DNA of 64,000 nucleotides, from positions 4,777-68,776 of the forward strand of contig JAXLWW010000017.1 in the NCBI GenBank assembly GCA_046328265.1, in the 5' to 3' direction. A program made the position numbers and the translations under genes. The stretch comes from Dehalococcoidia bacterium (GTDB lineage Bacteria > Chloroflexota > Dehalococcoidia > SpSt-223). The notes under the pieces were generated by a model that worked only from the letters and a program-made list of their open reading frames with translations, did not search any database and was not told the DNA's origin. Positions 17,818 to 27,633 of the stretch are shown here, in pieces; within the stretch, counting starts at the first letter, position 1, and every line of letters begins with the position of its first letter.

Positions 17818-19656
17818 ATGAGACAGGGATGGCGATTGACCCTTCTACTGGTCATGCTCGCCGGTAGTCTTCTTCCCACCTCCGGCGCTCGAGCGGCGGG
17901 CGTCGTCACCAATTGCACCAGTTTCGCCGCCTCCGGCGGGCTGGCCGGGGTCATCGGGTCGAGCGGCACGATTACGTTTGCCTGCAGCGGCGTCATTGCC
18001 CTGCCGTCGCAGATCGAGGTCACCGCCGCAAACAGCCCGTTGACGATCGATGGCGCCGGGCAGAGTGTCGTCCTTACCGGCAGCGGTGGAACCCGGCTCT
18101 TCCGGGTCCACGATAGCGCTTCGCTTACCCTGCGCAACTTGACGATTCAGGATGGCCAAGCCTCCGAAGGCGGCGCACTGCGCGCCGATGGCAACTACTC
18201 GCTCCAGATCGAGAACGTGGCCCTGCTGAACAACCGGGCGACCTCGGGAGGCGGAGCGCTGGCGCTCTATGGCGGCCAGTCAACCATCCGCGGGAGTCGC
18301 TTGGAGGGGAACCGCTTGCTGCCGCCGGGGGATTCGGTAGGTGGCGCGGTCCTGTCGGTCGATTCGACGTTGACGATCGAGGCGAGCAGTTTCATCAGCA
18401 ACTCGGCCAACCTCTCGGGAGTGCCGAACCTTTCGGGCGGCGCGGTCGCCTTCCGTGGCGTCTCCAACGATGCGACGGTCCGCAACAGCACCTTCGTCAG
18501 TAATACCGCGCCGATCGGTGGAGCGATCGCTGGTAGCACACTGGCAGCAGACAGCAGCATTATCCGCCTTTATCACCTGACCTTCTCGGGTAACAGCGCC
18601 GCGTCGATCGCCGCCGGCGCGTCGACGGTGCGGATCGCCAACAGCATCCTGAACGGCGCAAGCCCGCGCTGTAGCGTCGGAACCGGCACGGTGATCAACG
18701 ACCTCGGAAACTGGGAGAGCGGCGGTGGCGCTGGATCGTGCGGATCGCCCGCGCCGCCGTCACTTCCAACGGCAGATCTCGCGCTCGGGACGTTGGGCAA
18801 CTACGGCGGGCCGACCCCGACCTTCCCGATCGGCGCGACCAGTGTCGCACGGGTGTCGGGCGGCGCTAGCTTCTGCGGCGCTCCGGTCGGTAGCGTGGAT
18901 CAGCGTGGCGTTCCGCGGCCAGCCACCGGTTGCAGCAGCGGCGCTTACCAGTTTGGCGCTGCTCCCACGACAACCAGCCTTAGCCCGGGCCAGGTGACGG
19001 CTGGCGGACCGCCTTTCACCCTGACGATCACCGGTACGAACTTCATCCCTGGCAGCGTGATCCGCTGGAATGGGACCGACCTGCCGACGAGCTTTGTCAG
19101 TCCGACCCTTTTGACCGCAACTGTGCCGGCGGCGAATATCGTCAACGGGGGCGACGTGCCGGTCACCGTGCGGTATCCTGGTCCCGGCGATGCCGATTCG
19201 ACGCCGCCGCTGCCGCTGACGGTGTTGAAGAAGGCGCAGACGATCAGCGTTCTTCCTCCGGGCGACCGGACCCTGGCGTCATCGCCCTATCTGCCGACCG
19301 CCAACGCCTCTTCCGGCCTTCCGGTATCGATCACCAGCAACACCCCGACGATCTGCACCGCCGCCGGTGGCGCGGTCACCCTGCTGGCGGTCGGAACCTG
19401 CACCCTCGCGTTTGACCAACCGGGCGACGCCGCCTTCGCCGCCGCACCCCAAGTGCCGCTCAGTTTCCAGGTGACGGCTGGAACGGCCGCGACGGCGACG
19501 GCGACCGCCCAGCCGTCGGCCACTGCCAGCCCGCAGGGGTCCGCAACGCCCGCTTCGGGCACGCCGACACGGACCGCAACCCCGGACCTTCGGCCTGGTG
19601 GCCTGACGCGTGGCATCATGGTCCCGGTGACTTTCGCCGACACCTCGGGCGGCTAA
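17818..19656 (+). CDS. secreted right-handed parallel beta-helix repeat protein with IPT/TIG-like domain and Thr/Pro-rich C-terminal linker
   Basis: Signal peptide MRQGWRLTLLLVMLAGSLLPTSGARAAG, repeated beta-helix pattern (GGALRADGN...NNRATSGGGALALYGG), GCSSGAYQ motif, TIG-like region (FTLTITGTNFIPGSVIRWNG), TA/TP-rich tail. Confidence 0.75.
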   Translation: MRQGWRLTLLLVMLAGSLLPTSGARAAGVVTNCTSFAASGGLAGVIGSSGTITFACSGVIALPSQIEVTAANSPLTIDGAGQSVVLTGSGGTRLFRVHDSASLTLRNLTIQDGQASEGGALRADGNYSLQIENVALLNNRATSGGGALALYGGQSTIRGSRLEGNRLLPPGDSVGGAVLSVDSTLTIEASSFISNSANLSGVPNLSGGAVAFRGVSNDATVRNSTFVSNTAPIGGAIAGSTLAADSSIIRLYHLTFSGNSAASIAAGASTVRIANSILNGASPRCSVGTGTVINDLGNWESGGGAGSCGSPAPPSLPTADLALGTLGNYGGPTPTFPIGATSVARVSGGASFCGAPVGSVDQRGVPRPATGCSSGAYQFGAAPTTTSLSPGQVTAGGPPFTLTITGTNFIPGSVIRWNGTDLPTSFVSPTLLTATVPAANIVNGGDVPVTVRYPGPGDADSTPPLPLTVLKKAQTISVLPPGDRTLASSPYLPTANASSGLPVSITSNTPTICTAAGGAVTLLAVGTCTLAFDQPGDAAFAAAPQVPLSFQVTAGTAATATATAQPSATASPQGSATPASGTPTRTATPDLRPGGLTRGIMVPVTFADTSGG

Positions 19657-19700
19657 GCGCCGACCCGAAATCGCCCCGGCCTCGTGCCGGTCCTTGCGCC

Positions 19701-19735
19701 GCGACCCGCCCTGAGCAACGTCTCGGGCGGGTCGC
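19701..19735. terminator. GC-rich hairpin between convergent genes (possible bidirectional terminator)
   Basis: Perfect 11-bp inverted repeat GCGACCCGCCC / GGGCGGGTCGC with a 13-nt loop, between the beta-helix gene end (19656) and the sixA end (19824). No strong U-tract. Confidence 0.35.
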
Positions 19736-19823
19736 TTGTCGAAGCGGCCCCGACGCCGGATGGCCTGTCGTCTACCTGTCGCGATGGGTCCTGCCGGGTT
19801 CGGCCCGCCTGGGTTGGCAAACC

Positions 19824-20336
19824 TCAGGTGGCCAGTCCGCCGAGCAAGCGCAAGAGTTTTGGCGGTAGCAGCCAGCGCAGGGTTCCGCCGGCCGGGCGCG
19901 GGTCTTGAGCGAGTTTGATCAGGGCGATCCCGCCCTTGCGAAATTGGACCGCCGGCACTGCAGCGTCGCTGGCGATGAGCAGCGTCGTCAGCGCCGAGAG
20001 GTGCGGCTCATGGCCGACGATGGCGAGCGATCTGGTTCCGGAAAAGGCGCGCAGCGCCCCGATAGTCTCCTCCGGCGTGGTTTCTGGAGCGGCCGCCTCG
20101 ATGATCCGCGGCACCGGCCAACCGGTGCGCTCGACGAGGATCGCCGCCGTCTGGCGGGCGCGAACGAGCGGGCTACTCAGCAGGACCTCGACCTTGGGCG
20201 CGATGCGCCGCAGCCCGCGCGCCGCCGACTCGAAGGTGACGATACCATCCTTGCTCAGCGGCCGCTGGCGGTCGTCCGGCCAGCGCAAGGGGTCACGCTC
20301 TTCGGCGATGGCATGGCGTACCAGATAGAGATCCAC
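19824..20336 (-). CDS. histidine phosphatase family protein (SixA-like phosphohistidine phosphatase)
   Basis: MDLYLVRHAIAEERD...RPLSKDG (RHG catalytic motif) and internal conserved His (VGHEPHLS). Confidence 0.8.
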   Translation of the reverse strand: MDLYLVRHAIAEERDPLRWPDDRQRPLSKDGIVTFESAARGLRRIAPKVEVLLSSPLVRARQTAAILVERTGWPVPRIIEAAAPETTPEETIGALRAFSGTRSLAIVGHEPHLSALTTLLIASDAAVPAVQFRKGGIALIKLAQDPRPAGGTLRWLLPPKLLRLLGGLAT

Positions 20337-20564
20337 AGTTTGCCCTCTTACGGCGATTGTTGCACCGTCGCGAGATGCTCACAAGATCTCAGCCGGTGGA
20401 CCAGTTGCGCGGTCGTTGGGCGCTGCATTCTCTGAGGAGCGAAACAAGCTGGTCCGTCGGGCGAGGATAGTGCGGCCCTCAGAGCGATCGGGGCTTGGCC
20501 GCCGTCACGTTCTCGCGGATCTTGAACCGTTGACAGCCTCTCGCGCCTACCGGAGAATTGCCAC

Positions 20565-21122
20565 ATGAGCCAGGCTCGCCGCGGCCCCGTCTTGCTCATC
20601 GTCGGCGTCGGCGTGGCGGGTGTCCTGGCGGTCTGCCTCTGCCTGGTGCTTGCCGGCAGCTATTTTGTGATCGGCCAGAGCGTCGGGCCGGGCGCCCCAC
20701 CGCCCCAGCCGACCGGCAGCCCGGCCCAGGAAGCTGAACGGGCCGTGTTCACCCCGCCGCTCGACCGCTTCATGACCCAGATGAGCAACCGTGCGCCGGC
20801 CAGCGCCTTCATCAACCTATCACCACAGGGCCAGACCGCGCTACCACGCGAGATTCTCGCGCTCGAACTCAACGGCACGAGCTGGGCCAAATACGACGGC
20901 TACGAAGAGACGGTCGTCGAACGGGTGAATATCCCGACGAGCGACAGCGGCCCGGCGACAGCGAATGTCAGCGGTCAGATGCGCTATCGCGGGGGTGAGG
21001 TCGGCCGGTTTGAGGCGGTGCTGCATCAAACCAACGGACGTTGGGGAATCACCTCGCTCGACATCACCGTCTCGACGGCGAAGATCCAGCGCACCGCCCC
21101 GCCGACTTCGCCGGCACGCTAA
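20565..21122 (+). CDS. hypothetical membrane-anchored protein
   Basis: N-terminal TM helix (VLLIVGVGVAGVLAVCLCLVLAG), Pro-rich linker, about 120-aa extracytoplasmic domain. No recognisable family. Confidence 0.5.
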   Translation: MSQARRGPVLLIVGVGVAGVLAVCLCLVLAGSYFVIGQSVGPGAPPPQPTGSPAQEAERAVFTPPLDRFMTQMSNRAPASAFINLSPQGQTALPREILALELNGTSWAKYDGYEETVVERVNIPTSDSGPATANVSGQMRYRGGEVGRFEAVLHQTNGRWGITSLDITVSTAKIQRTAPPTSPAR

Positions 21123-21565
21123 GGAGCACCCAGCCAGCCAACGAAGCGAGCGCAGGTTCCACTCTCGACGCGCACCTCGACGAAGCCGTCCTGGCGGCGC
21201 AGCACCGTTGCCCGCGCGGTTTCGCCGGCGGGGATCACGCAGGCCGCGCCGGCCTGACGGGCGTTGGTTAGGATGGCGTCGCGCGAGGGGTTACTGCTGG
21301 GCGCGATATCGCGCGCCATGCTCAGACTGAAGTAGACCCAGAGTTCCGGCTCGCCGATCGGCGCTTCGATCTGGAGGACGTTGGGAGACGGCGTGCTTGG
21401 GACTAAGGTCCGTTCGAAGATCACCACGGGCGTCCCGGTCGGTGGGGGAATCCAGGGTGGGCCAGTGCGGCGCTCCTGACCGATCCCGAGCGCAGCAGCA
21501 ACGCCGGCGCCGACCGCAACCATCGCCAACAGCAGGAGAGCGCTCATCACCACCCAACGCATCAC
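21119..21565 (-). CDS. hypothetical secreted/membrane-anchored protein
   Basis: N-terminal hydrophobic segment (MMRWVVMSALLLLAMVAVGAGVAAALG). Convergent 4-nt overlap with the previous gene. Confidence 0.5.
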   Translation of the reverse strand: MMRWVVMSALLLLAMVAVGAGVAAALGIGQERRTGPPWIPPPTGTPVVIFERTLVPSTPSPNVLQIEAPIGEPELWVYFSLSMARDIAPSSNPSRDAILTNARQAGAACVIPAGETARATVLRRQDGFVEVRVESGTCARFVGWLGAP

Positions 21566-21644
21566 ACACCTCCGCCCTCTGAATCAACGGCCAGAGAGCA
21601 GGGTGGTTGCTCAGACTGTGCTACCCTCGCCGGACGGAGGCGGC

Positions 21645-22595
21645 ATGGAGCGAACCGGCGTCACCATCATGGCGCATTACTTTGGACGCGCAACCGAGGT
21701 GATCGACCTTGGCGCGGAATTGGACCAGGCCGGCGTGCCGGAGATCTTCGTCACCGAATCGGTCAACGAAGCGCCGACGACGTTGACCGCCCTCGCGCTG
21801 CGGACAAGCCGGGCGACGATTGGGTCGGCGATCGCGATCATCTTCCTTCGTCACCCTCACACCCTGGCGACCGCCGCGGCGACGATCGACGAACTGGCCG
21901 GAGGCCGGCTGGTGCTGGGGATCGGGACCGGCCATCCCGGCATGATCCGGGATAAGTTCGGCCTCAGCCTCGACCAGCCGCTTCAGCAGATGCGCGAGTA
22001 TCTCGCCTGCCTGCGCGGCGGGATGGACGCCTCGCGCGACCGCAACGACGTCGGCGGCGAACATTTCCAGATCCGCGGATCGCGGATCAACTGGGCGGCC
22101 GAACGGCGTATCCCAATCGTGCTGGCAGCGCTGTCGGACGGGATGGTGCGCCTCGCCGCGACCGAGGGAGACGGGATCATGACCAGTCTTGCGCCGGTCG
22201 AGCAAATCGCTCGATTTCGTCGCCTGCTGGATGAGTCGGCCGCTGCCGCCGGCCGCGCGCCCGCTGAGATCCGGCTGTACACCGTCGTCCACGTCTGCCT
22301 GCGGCCGACGCGCGACGAGGCGCGCGCGGTCGTCCGCGAGGGGATCGGCTACTCGTCGTCGCCCTTCTACCAACGCGAGCTTGAACGCGCCGGCTATGCT
22401 GCACCGGGCGGAAGGCCGGACGACCGGACCATCGATGCGATCACCATCGCCGGGCCGGAAGAGTACGCGCGCGAGCGACTGGCCGAACTCTGGGCGCTCG
22501 GAGCAATCCCGTTGCTCGCTCCGGTCGGCGGTGAGCCGGATATCGCGGCGGCCTACCGGTCGTTTGTGCCGCTGATCGTCGAGGAGGGCGAATGA
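21645..22595 (+). CDS. LLM-class flavin-dependent oxidoreductase (luciferase-like monooxygenase family, possibly F420/FMN-dependent)
   Basis: Conserved LLM blocks (RLVLGIGTGHPGM, insertion region, C-terminal helical region). Start ambiguous (21645 or 21669). Confidence 0.8.
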   Translation: MERTGVTIMAHYFGRATEVIDLGAELDQAGVPEIFVTESVNEAPTTLTALALRTSRATIGSAIAIIFLRHPHTLATAAATIDELAGGRLVLGIGTGHPGMIRDKFGLSLDQPLQQMREYLACLRGGMDASRDRNDVGGEHFQIRGSRINWAAERRIPIVLAALSDGMVRLAATEGDGIMTSLAPVEQIARFRRLLDESAAAAGRAPAEIRLYTVVHVCLRPTRDEARAVVREGIGYSSSPFYQRELERAGYAAPGGRPDDRTIDAITIAGPEEYARERLAELWALGAIPLLAPVGGEPDIAAAYRSFVPLIVEEGE

Positions 22596-23050
22596 ACCCG
22601 GAAACCCGCCTTGCTGAGTTGGGGCTATCTCTTCCGGCAGCACGGACGCCGCGCGCGAGCTATGTCTTGACCTCCCGCGCTGGCGACCTCATCTTCGTCG
22701 CCGGGCATGTTGCCATTCGCGAGGACGGTTCGGTGGTCGCGGGGAAGTTCGGTCGCGACCTGACGATCGAAGAAGGCTATGCTGCGGCGCGGTTGACCGC
22801 GCTCGGGATCCTCGCCTCGCTCAAGGCGGAACTCGGTGACCTCGGGCGGGTTCAGCGGATCGTCCGGCTGCTCTGCATGGTCAACTGCACCGAGGACTTC
22901 GGCGACCAGGCGTTCGTCGCCAATGGCGCGTCCGACCTGCTGATCGAGCTATTCGGCGAGGCGGGCAAGCACACCCGGGCGGCAGTCGGCATGGCGGCGT
23001 TGCCGCGCGGGGCGTGCGTCGAGATCGAAGCGGTCGTGCTCGCGCCCTGA
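22592..23050 (+). CDS. RidA family protein (YjgF/TdcF-like reactive intermediate deaminase)
   Basis: 152 aa with RidA fold blocks (LIFVAGHVAIR...; AVGMAALPRGACVEIEAVV). ATGA overlap with the upstream LLM gene. Confidence 0.85.
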   Translation: MNPETRLAELGLSLPAARTPRASYVLTSRAGDLIFVAGHVAIREDGSVVAGKFGRDLTIEEGYAAARLTALGILASLKAELGDLGRVQRIVRLLCMVNCTEDFGDQAFVANGASDLLIELFGEAGKHTRAAVGMAALPRGACVEIEAVVLAP

Positions 23051-23051
23051 C

Positions 23052-23899
23052 CTACTGCTGACTCGGCCGGTCTCGTGGGAGGGTGATGCCAAACGTCTGG
23101 CGGACGGTGGCGATCACCTCGGGCGGTGCGCCGGCATAGGTCCCGGCCCGGCTGCGAACAATCCCAAAGGCCTGGTGGATGTCTACCAGCGCCTCGGTGA
23201 GCTTGATCGCGCTGGAAATCAGGTCGACGACGACCGCGCCGGTACCGGGAATAGTCAGCAGGTTGTGCTCGACCAGGGCCATCGCGAGGACGGTATCGCC
23301 GGCGACGATGACCTCGGCGCCCTCCTCTTCGACAAGCCGGCGCGCCATCCGTTCGAAGGTGGTCAAGATCTCGTCGTGCTCGCGCCGCCCAAGCTGGTCA
23401 AGAAATCGATCCTGTGGCATCTCCATCGGCGCGATCGCCACGCAACGCTGCAGGACGTTGTAGCGTTCAAGCTGGGCGCGACGGTTTTGCTGGCCCTTGA
23501 TGTGCGCCGCCGCAGAGCCGCTGCTCGGATTGGTGATCACCGCGAACTGCTCGCCCCAGAGGGTGGCGAGGTGGCAGGCGGCTTCGGTCAGGCCAACCAC
23601 CGGGATCGGCAGGAGTTCCTTGGCCTCGGCCAGTCCGGCATCGCTGCTGACGCCGATGATTGCGCCGTCGTAGCCGCCGTCGCCGGCCTGCGAGATCGAG
23701 TCGATGATCTCCTGGTTGGACAGGTTCTGGGAATAGCGAGTGGGCCATTGTGACCAGGCGACAGCGCCGCGTTGAGTGGGGACGATCTCGATCTCGGTGT
23801 CTGGCCGGCGCACCCGATCGACGACCGCCCTGACGCTCCCAAAGACGACTTCTTGACGGAAGGGGCTGACCGGCCCCGGGTACTGATACCAGATCCGCA
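23052..23899 (-). CDS. Asp/Glu/hydantoin racemase family protein (maleate isomerase/arylmalonate decarboxylase-like)
   Basis: MRIWYQYPG...VGLTEAAC...VIVAGDTV pattern of PF01177-type enzymes. GGAAAGGA lies upstream of the ATG at 23899. The upstream part of the listed ORF is His/Arg-rich non-coding-looking sequence. Confidence 0.75.
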
Positions 23900-23987
23900 T
23901 TGCACGTCCTTTCCCGATCGCCGCGCTCGGCATTTGCCCTTTAGGTTGGACTGCCGGAGAATACCGGTCGGATAGAGAGTTGGGCGA

Positions 23988-24629
23988 GTGGAAGCGATTC
24001 CCGGCTGGTTGTTCTTTACCAATATCCTGCGAGCGATCTGGGCATCGCTTACCTTCGACGCAGCGACCTTCGACCTCGTACTGCAGAATCCCCAGTCGAT
24101 CAACGTCTCGATCGCGGTGGTGCTGCTGGCGGGGTTGTCGCACCTGATCGGACAGTACATCGTGCTCATCATCAATCAGGCGCCGTTGGCGGCGCGGGTC
24201 CGGGCGATCGCGCTCGGTTTGGTGATGGTGGTGGCGGAGTTCCTGCTCTGGATGCTGGCGATCTGGCTGATTGCCGGTGTCGTGTTCCGGGTCTGGGACC
24301 CGCCGATCGAGACGTTCCGGGTGCTGGGGATCGCCTATGCTCCGATGATCCTCGGGGTGGTGGTGCTGATCCCGTATGCCGGTCCGGCTCTCTTTCAAGC
24401 CCTGCGGATGTGGACGGTGCTGGCGGTGATCGTGGCAACCAGCGTTGCCTTCGAACTCGACCCGCGCGCCGCGGCGGTCTGCGCGGTCGCCGGCTGGCTT
24501 GGCCACTATCCGGTCGTCCGACTGCTCGGTCGTTTCACCGGCACCGACGATTCCAACGCCACCCTGCGGACCGACGAGAAGGTTCGCCGCCGGGCCGCCC
24601 AAGAGGCCCAGCGCCGCGGCGCAGCATGA
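23988..24629 (+). CDS. Yip1-family integral membrane protein
   Basis: GTG start and five predicted TM helices with Yip1-like topology. Basic C-terminal tail. Confidence 0.65.
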   Translation: MEAIPGWLFFTNILRAIWASLTFDAATFDLVLQNPQSINVSIAVVLLAGLSHLIGQYIVLIINQAPLAARVRAIALGLVMVVAEFLLWMLAIWLIAGVVFRVWDPPIETFRVLGIAYAPMILGVVVLIPYAGPALFQALRMWTVLAVIVATSVAFELDPRAAAVCAVAGWLGHYPVVRLLGRFTGTDDSNATLRTDEKVRRRAAQEAQRRGAA

Positions 24630-25735
24630 CCGATCTTATCCTTACCCTGCTGGCGACCTTGGTGGTCATCGTCATCCTCGCGGGCATTCTTGCGCCGCTG
24701 GAGACCCTGCGCTGGTGGGGCGGGATGGCTGCGCCGGAGGACGCGGCGTCTGAACCGCTCGATTCCTCGACTGACGAGGATTCGGCTCATCCCCATTACG
24801 TCGTCTATCTCTCTGGTATTGGGAGTGTCTCGGGTGACGAACTGGTGCCCGCCGAGGTGCCGTTCCTGCGGGCACTCGAGGAAGCGATGCCGGATGCTCG
24901 CCTGTTGCTGGACGTGTTTCCCTACTCGGCAACCAACAATGGGCTGACCGGGCAACGGCTCTTGGCCGGCGCCTTTCGCTGGGTCAGTGCGCGCCGTTGG
25001 GAGAAGACCTCCGTCACCGAACTGCTGATCAACCTGCGCAACGCCTTCCAGGTTGCCGTCTCGGCGGACGAGCGGTATGGCCCGGTGTTCAACTTCGCGA
25101 CCGCGCGGGTGATCCGCGACAAATTGCTTGAGCACGGCTACCGGCCGGGCCGGGGTCGGCGGGTCGCGTTGATTGGCTATAGCGGCGGAGCGCAGATCGC
25201 CATCGGCGCAACCCCGTTCTTGGAGGAGTTGATCGGCGCGCCCGTCCGGGTGATCTCGCTCGGCGGGGTGATGACCGGGGACAACGGCATCATCGATACC
25301 GAACACCTCTATCATATCTACAGCGACATCGACGAACTGGAGAAGTTTGGCAGCGTCGCCTTCCCCGGCCGCTGGCCGATCTACACCAACTCAGGCTGGA
25401 ACACCGCGCTTCGCACCGGAAAGGCGACCTTGATTCTCTTGCCCGGGATGACCCACACCCTCGCCAAGAGCTACATGGACCCGGACACCGTTCAGCCCGA
25501 CGGGCGCACCAATCTCGAGACGACCGTCGCGCTGATCGCCAACCTGATTCGCAGCGACAAAGTAGGCGAGCGGGAACCAGGCAGCCTCTCGCGTGCTCAA
25601 CTTGCCGACCTGGTGCGACGAGTCGCCGCCGACCGGCCCGAGACTGCCGAGGCGATCGTCCGGCTGCTCGACGAGAACGGACTGGAGATCCAGAGCCGCG
25701 TCGCCCAGGCGGCGATCGAGGAGCGCCGGTCATGA
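24626..25735 (+). CDS. membrane-anchored alpha/beta-hydrolase-fold protein (putative serine hydrolase/lipase-like), conserved hypothetical
   Basis: N-terminal TM helix (LILTLLATLVVIVILAGILA), nucleophile-elbow-like motif IGYSGGAQIAIGA (GxSxG), downstream Asp and His candidates (LPGMTHTL). ATGA overlap with the Yip1 gene. Confidence 0.65.
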   Translation: MTDLILTLLATLVVIVILAGILAPLETLRWWGGMAAPEDAASEPLDSSTDEDSAHPHYVVYLSGIGSVSGDELVPAEVPFLRALEEAMPDARLLLDVFPYSATNNGLTGQRLLAGAFRWVSARRWEKTSVTELLINLRNAFQVAVSADERYGPVFNFATARVIRDKLLEHGYRPGRGRRVALIGYSGGAQIAIGATPFLEELIGAPVRVISLGGVMTGDNGIIDTEHLYHIYSDIDELEKFGSVAFPGRWPIYTNSGWNTALRTGKATLILLPGMTHTLAKSYMDPDTVQPDGRTNLETTVALIANLIRSDKVGEREPGSLSRAQLADLVRRVAADRPETAEAIVRLLDENGLEIQSRVAQAAIEERRS

Positions 25736-27492
25736 CCGTCAGCAACTACGAGCGCTTCCGCGCCGCGCCGTTCACCCAGCCAGCCCATTACCCGATCGAG
25801 GCCAAGCCTGACCCGGCCTGCTATCGCCCCGCCGCGCCCTGGATCGGCCGGCTGATCCTGCCGGCTTTCGAGGATCGGCTGCCCGACCGAGGGGTTTTCT
25901 TCGAGGTCGAGCACGCTCCAGCCGTCCACGCCGGTCTGATCGGGCGCATCGTCGAACTCGGCTGGGACGACGATCCGGTCGTCCAGGCGCGGGTCTGGGG
26001 TGTCACGCGCGACGTGCGCTTCACCGACCGGGCGCGCCAAAGCGCCGCGAACGGCGTTGTCCATCCGGAGCGGCTCGATCAGTGGCCGCTGGTCGGCCCG
26101 CTCGAATCGCTGGCGGGGAGCCACCCGGTCGACGATGTGATCGTCGCCCTACCCGAACCGGTCGTCGTCGACGGCGATACGCCGCGCCTCACCATCGCCC
26201 GAGAGCCGGTCCAGATCACTGGCCGCTCCGTGGGACTGGTCCGCTTCCTCGGCCCAGCCGAGGGGGTCCCGGATGGCTACCGGGTCCGCCATTTCAGCCT
26301 CGCCTCGCGCACCTTCGACGGTCCAGAAGAGACGGTGCTGCTCCCGGCGGTCGTCCTCGATTCCAACGACACCGCGCCGTTTACCAACGACGGGATCGAG
26401 CGTTCGCCGCTCGACGACGGCGGTTGGTACGTCTACGGCGCACTCGATGCGGCCGGCGCCTTTGTCGTTCAGGCGCTTGCGCCACGCGCCCTCTTTCAGC
26501 TTCGGCCGGACGAGGTTCGCTTCGGCGCGGATGCCGCCTGGCGCTACGTCCATTCCGAGATGTGGAAGGACGCTGCCAAGAAGAAGGGAACGATCTCCTC
26601 GGTGCTGGTCGCTGGCGCGGAGGTCACGCCCGAGGCTGCCGTCGCTGCCTGGCAGGAAGGGGACCGGGCGCTGCTCTTTCATACCTTTGGCGGTATCGGC
26701 GGCAAGAAGCGCGAGCCGGCAGCACGGGCGATCCTCTACTGGGGCCATTTCGCCTTTGGCGAGGCGACCGTTGTCCATGAACCGCTCGCCGATGAGCTTC
26801 GCTTCGACATCGTCTATCACCAGGTCTATACCCACAACCCCGACGGGCTGATCGCCGGGGCGCTCCACTGGAGCCGCTATCTGGGCGACCGGCAGTTTGG
26901 CTGGGCGGGTCTGCGCCCGACTGGCGATGTGCTGATCAAGTGGGACCCCTTCACCGAGCCGTACGACTTCGGGTTCGCCGAAAGATCGGGGATCGGCGAT
27001 GTCGTCGCGGCGCTCGAAGCTATGGAGGCGCGCTATCGGATCGGCGACGGCACGGGTGGAACCTATGTCGGCGCGGCAAACAACTGCGCCCAGGATTCGG
27101 CGGCGGCGTTCTATGCCGCGATCCGCCGGCTCGATCTGGATGTCTCCGATCGGCCGCGCCTACAAGCCTGGGCGGAGCGCGAGCCAACCGAGGCGGCGCG
27201 ACTGCGCGAGGGGTTGATGATCGGTCCGGCGCTGCGCAAGAGGATGTCGCCGCTCGGAACGCGCGAGGACTGGCAGTACGACTCCTCGTCGCTCGAACTG
27301 AGCCAGCAAGACGGATTGCTCCGCGGACTGGCGCGAGGTTTCCAGAGTTGGCGGACGATGCTGCCACGCCTCGCCGCCGAGACGATCGCCCGCGAGTTCA
27401 TCCGGCGAGGGGCGGATGTCTGGGTGTTGCGGACCAACCAGATCGGCGGCGACGATCCAGACATTGCGCCGATCGCTCCGCTGACGCTCTAG
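25732..27492 (+). CDS. large conserved hypothetical protein (586 aa), no confidently assignable family
   Basis: Long uninterrupted ORF, ATGA-coupled to the upstream gene. Notable conserved-looking blocks FHTFGGIGGKKREP, YWGHFAFGEA and GTYVGAANNCAQDSAAAFYAAI (candidate Cys/His active site). Confidence 0.65.
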   Translation: MTVSNYERFRAAPFTQPAHYPIEAKPDPACYRPAAPWIGRLILPAFEDRLPDRGVFFEVEHAPAVHAGLIGRIVELGWDDDPVVQARVWGVTRDVRFTDRARQSAANGVVHPERLDQWPLVGPLESLAGSHPVDDVIVALPEPVVVDGDTPRLTIAREPVQITGRSVGLVRFLGPAEGVPDGYRVRHFSLASRTFDGPEETVLLPAVVLDSNDTAPFTNDGIERSPLDDGGWYVYGALDAAGAFVVQALAPRALFQLRPDEVRFGADAAWRYVHSEMWKDAAKKKGTISSVLVAGAEVTPEAAVAAWQEGDRALLFHTFGGIGGKKREPAARAILYWGHFAFGEATVVHEPLADELRFDIVYHQVYTHNPDGLIAGALHWSRYLGDRQFGWAGLRPTGDVLIKWDPFTEPYDFGFAERSGIGDVVAALEAMEARYRIGDGTGGTYVGAANNCAQDSAAAFYAAIRRLDLDVSDRPRLQAWAEREPTEAARLREGLMIGPALRKRMSPLGTREDWQYDSSSLELSQQDGLLRGLARGFQSWRTMLPRLAAETIAREFIRRGADVWVLRTNQIGGDDPDIAPIAPLTL

Positions 27493-27633
27493 CGGGCTGG
27501 ACCTCGCCTCTGAGCCCCATTTTCACCATCGGTGCCGCCGCGTCCGGACCGCGTTGGCGTTTGCCGACCGCGGGGCGGGACCAAAGGACGAAACGGCGAT
27601 ACACTGGCCGACAAAACCGGTGCGGTGAACGTG

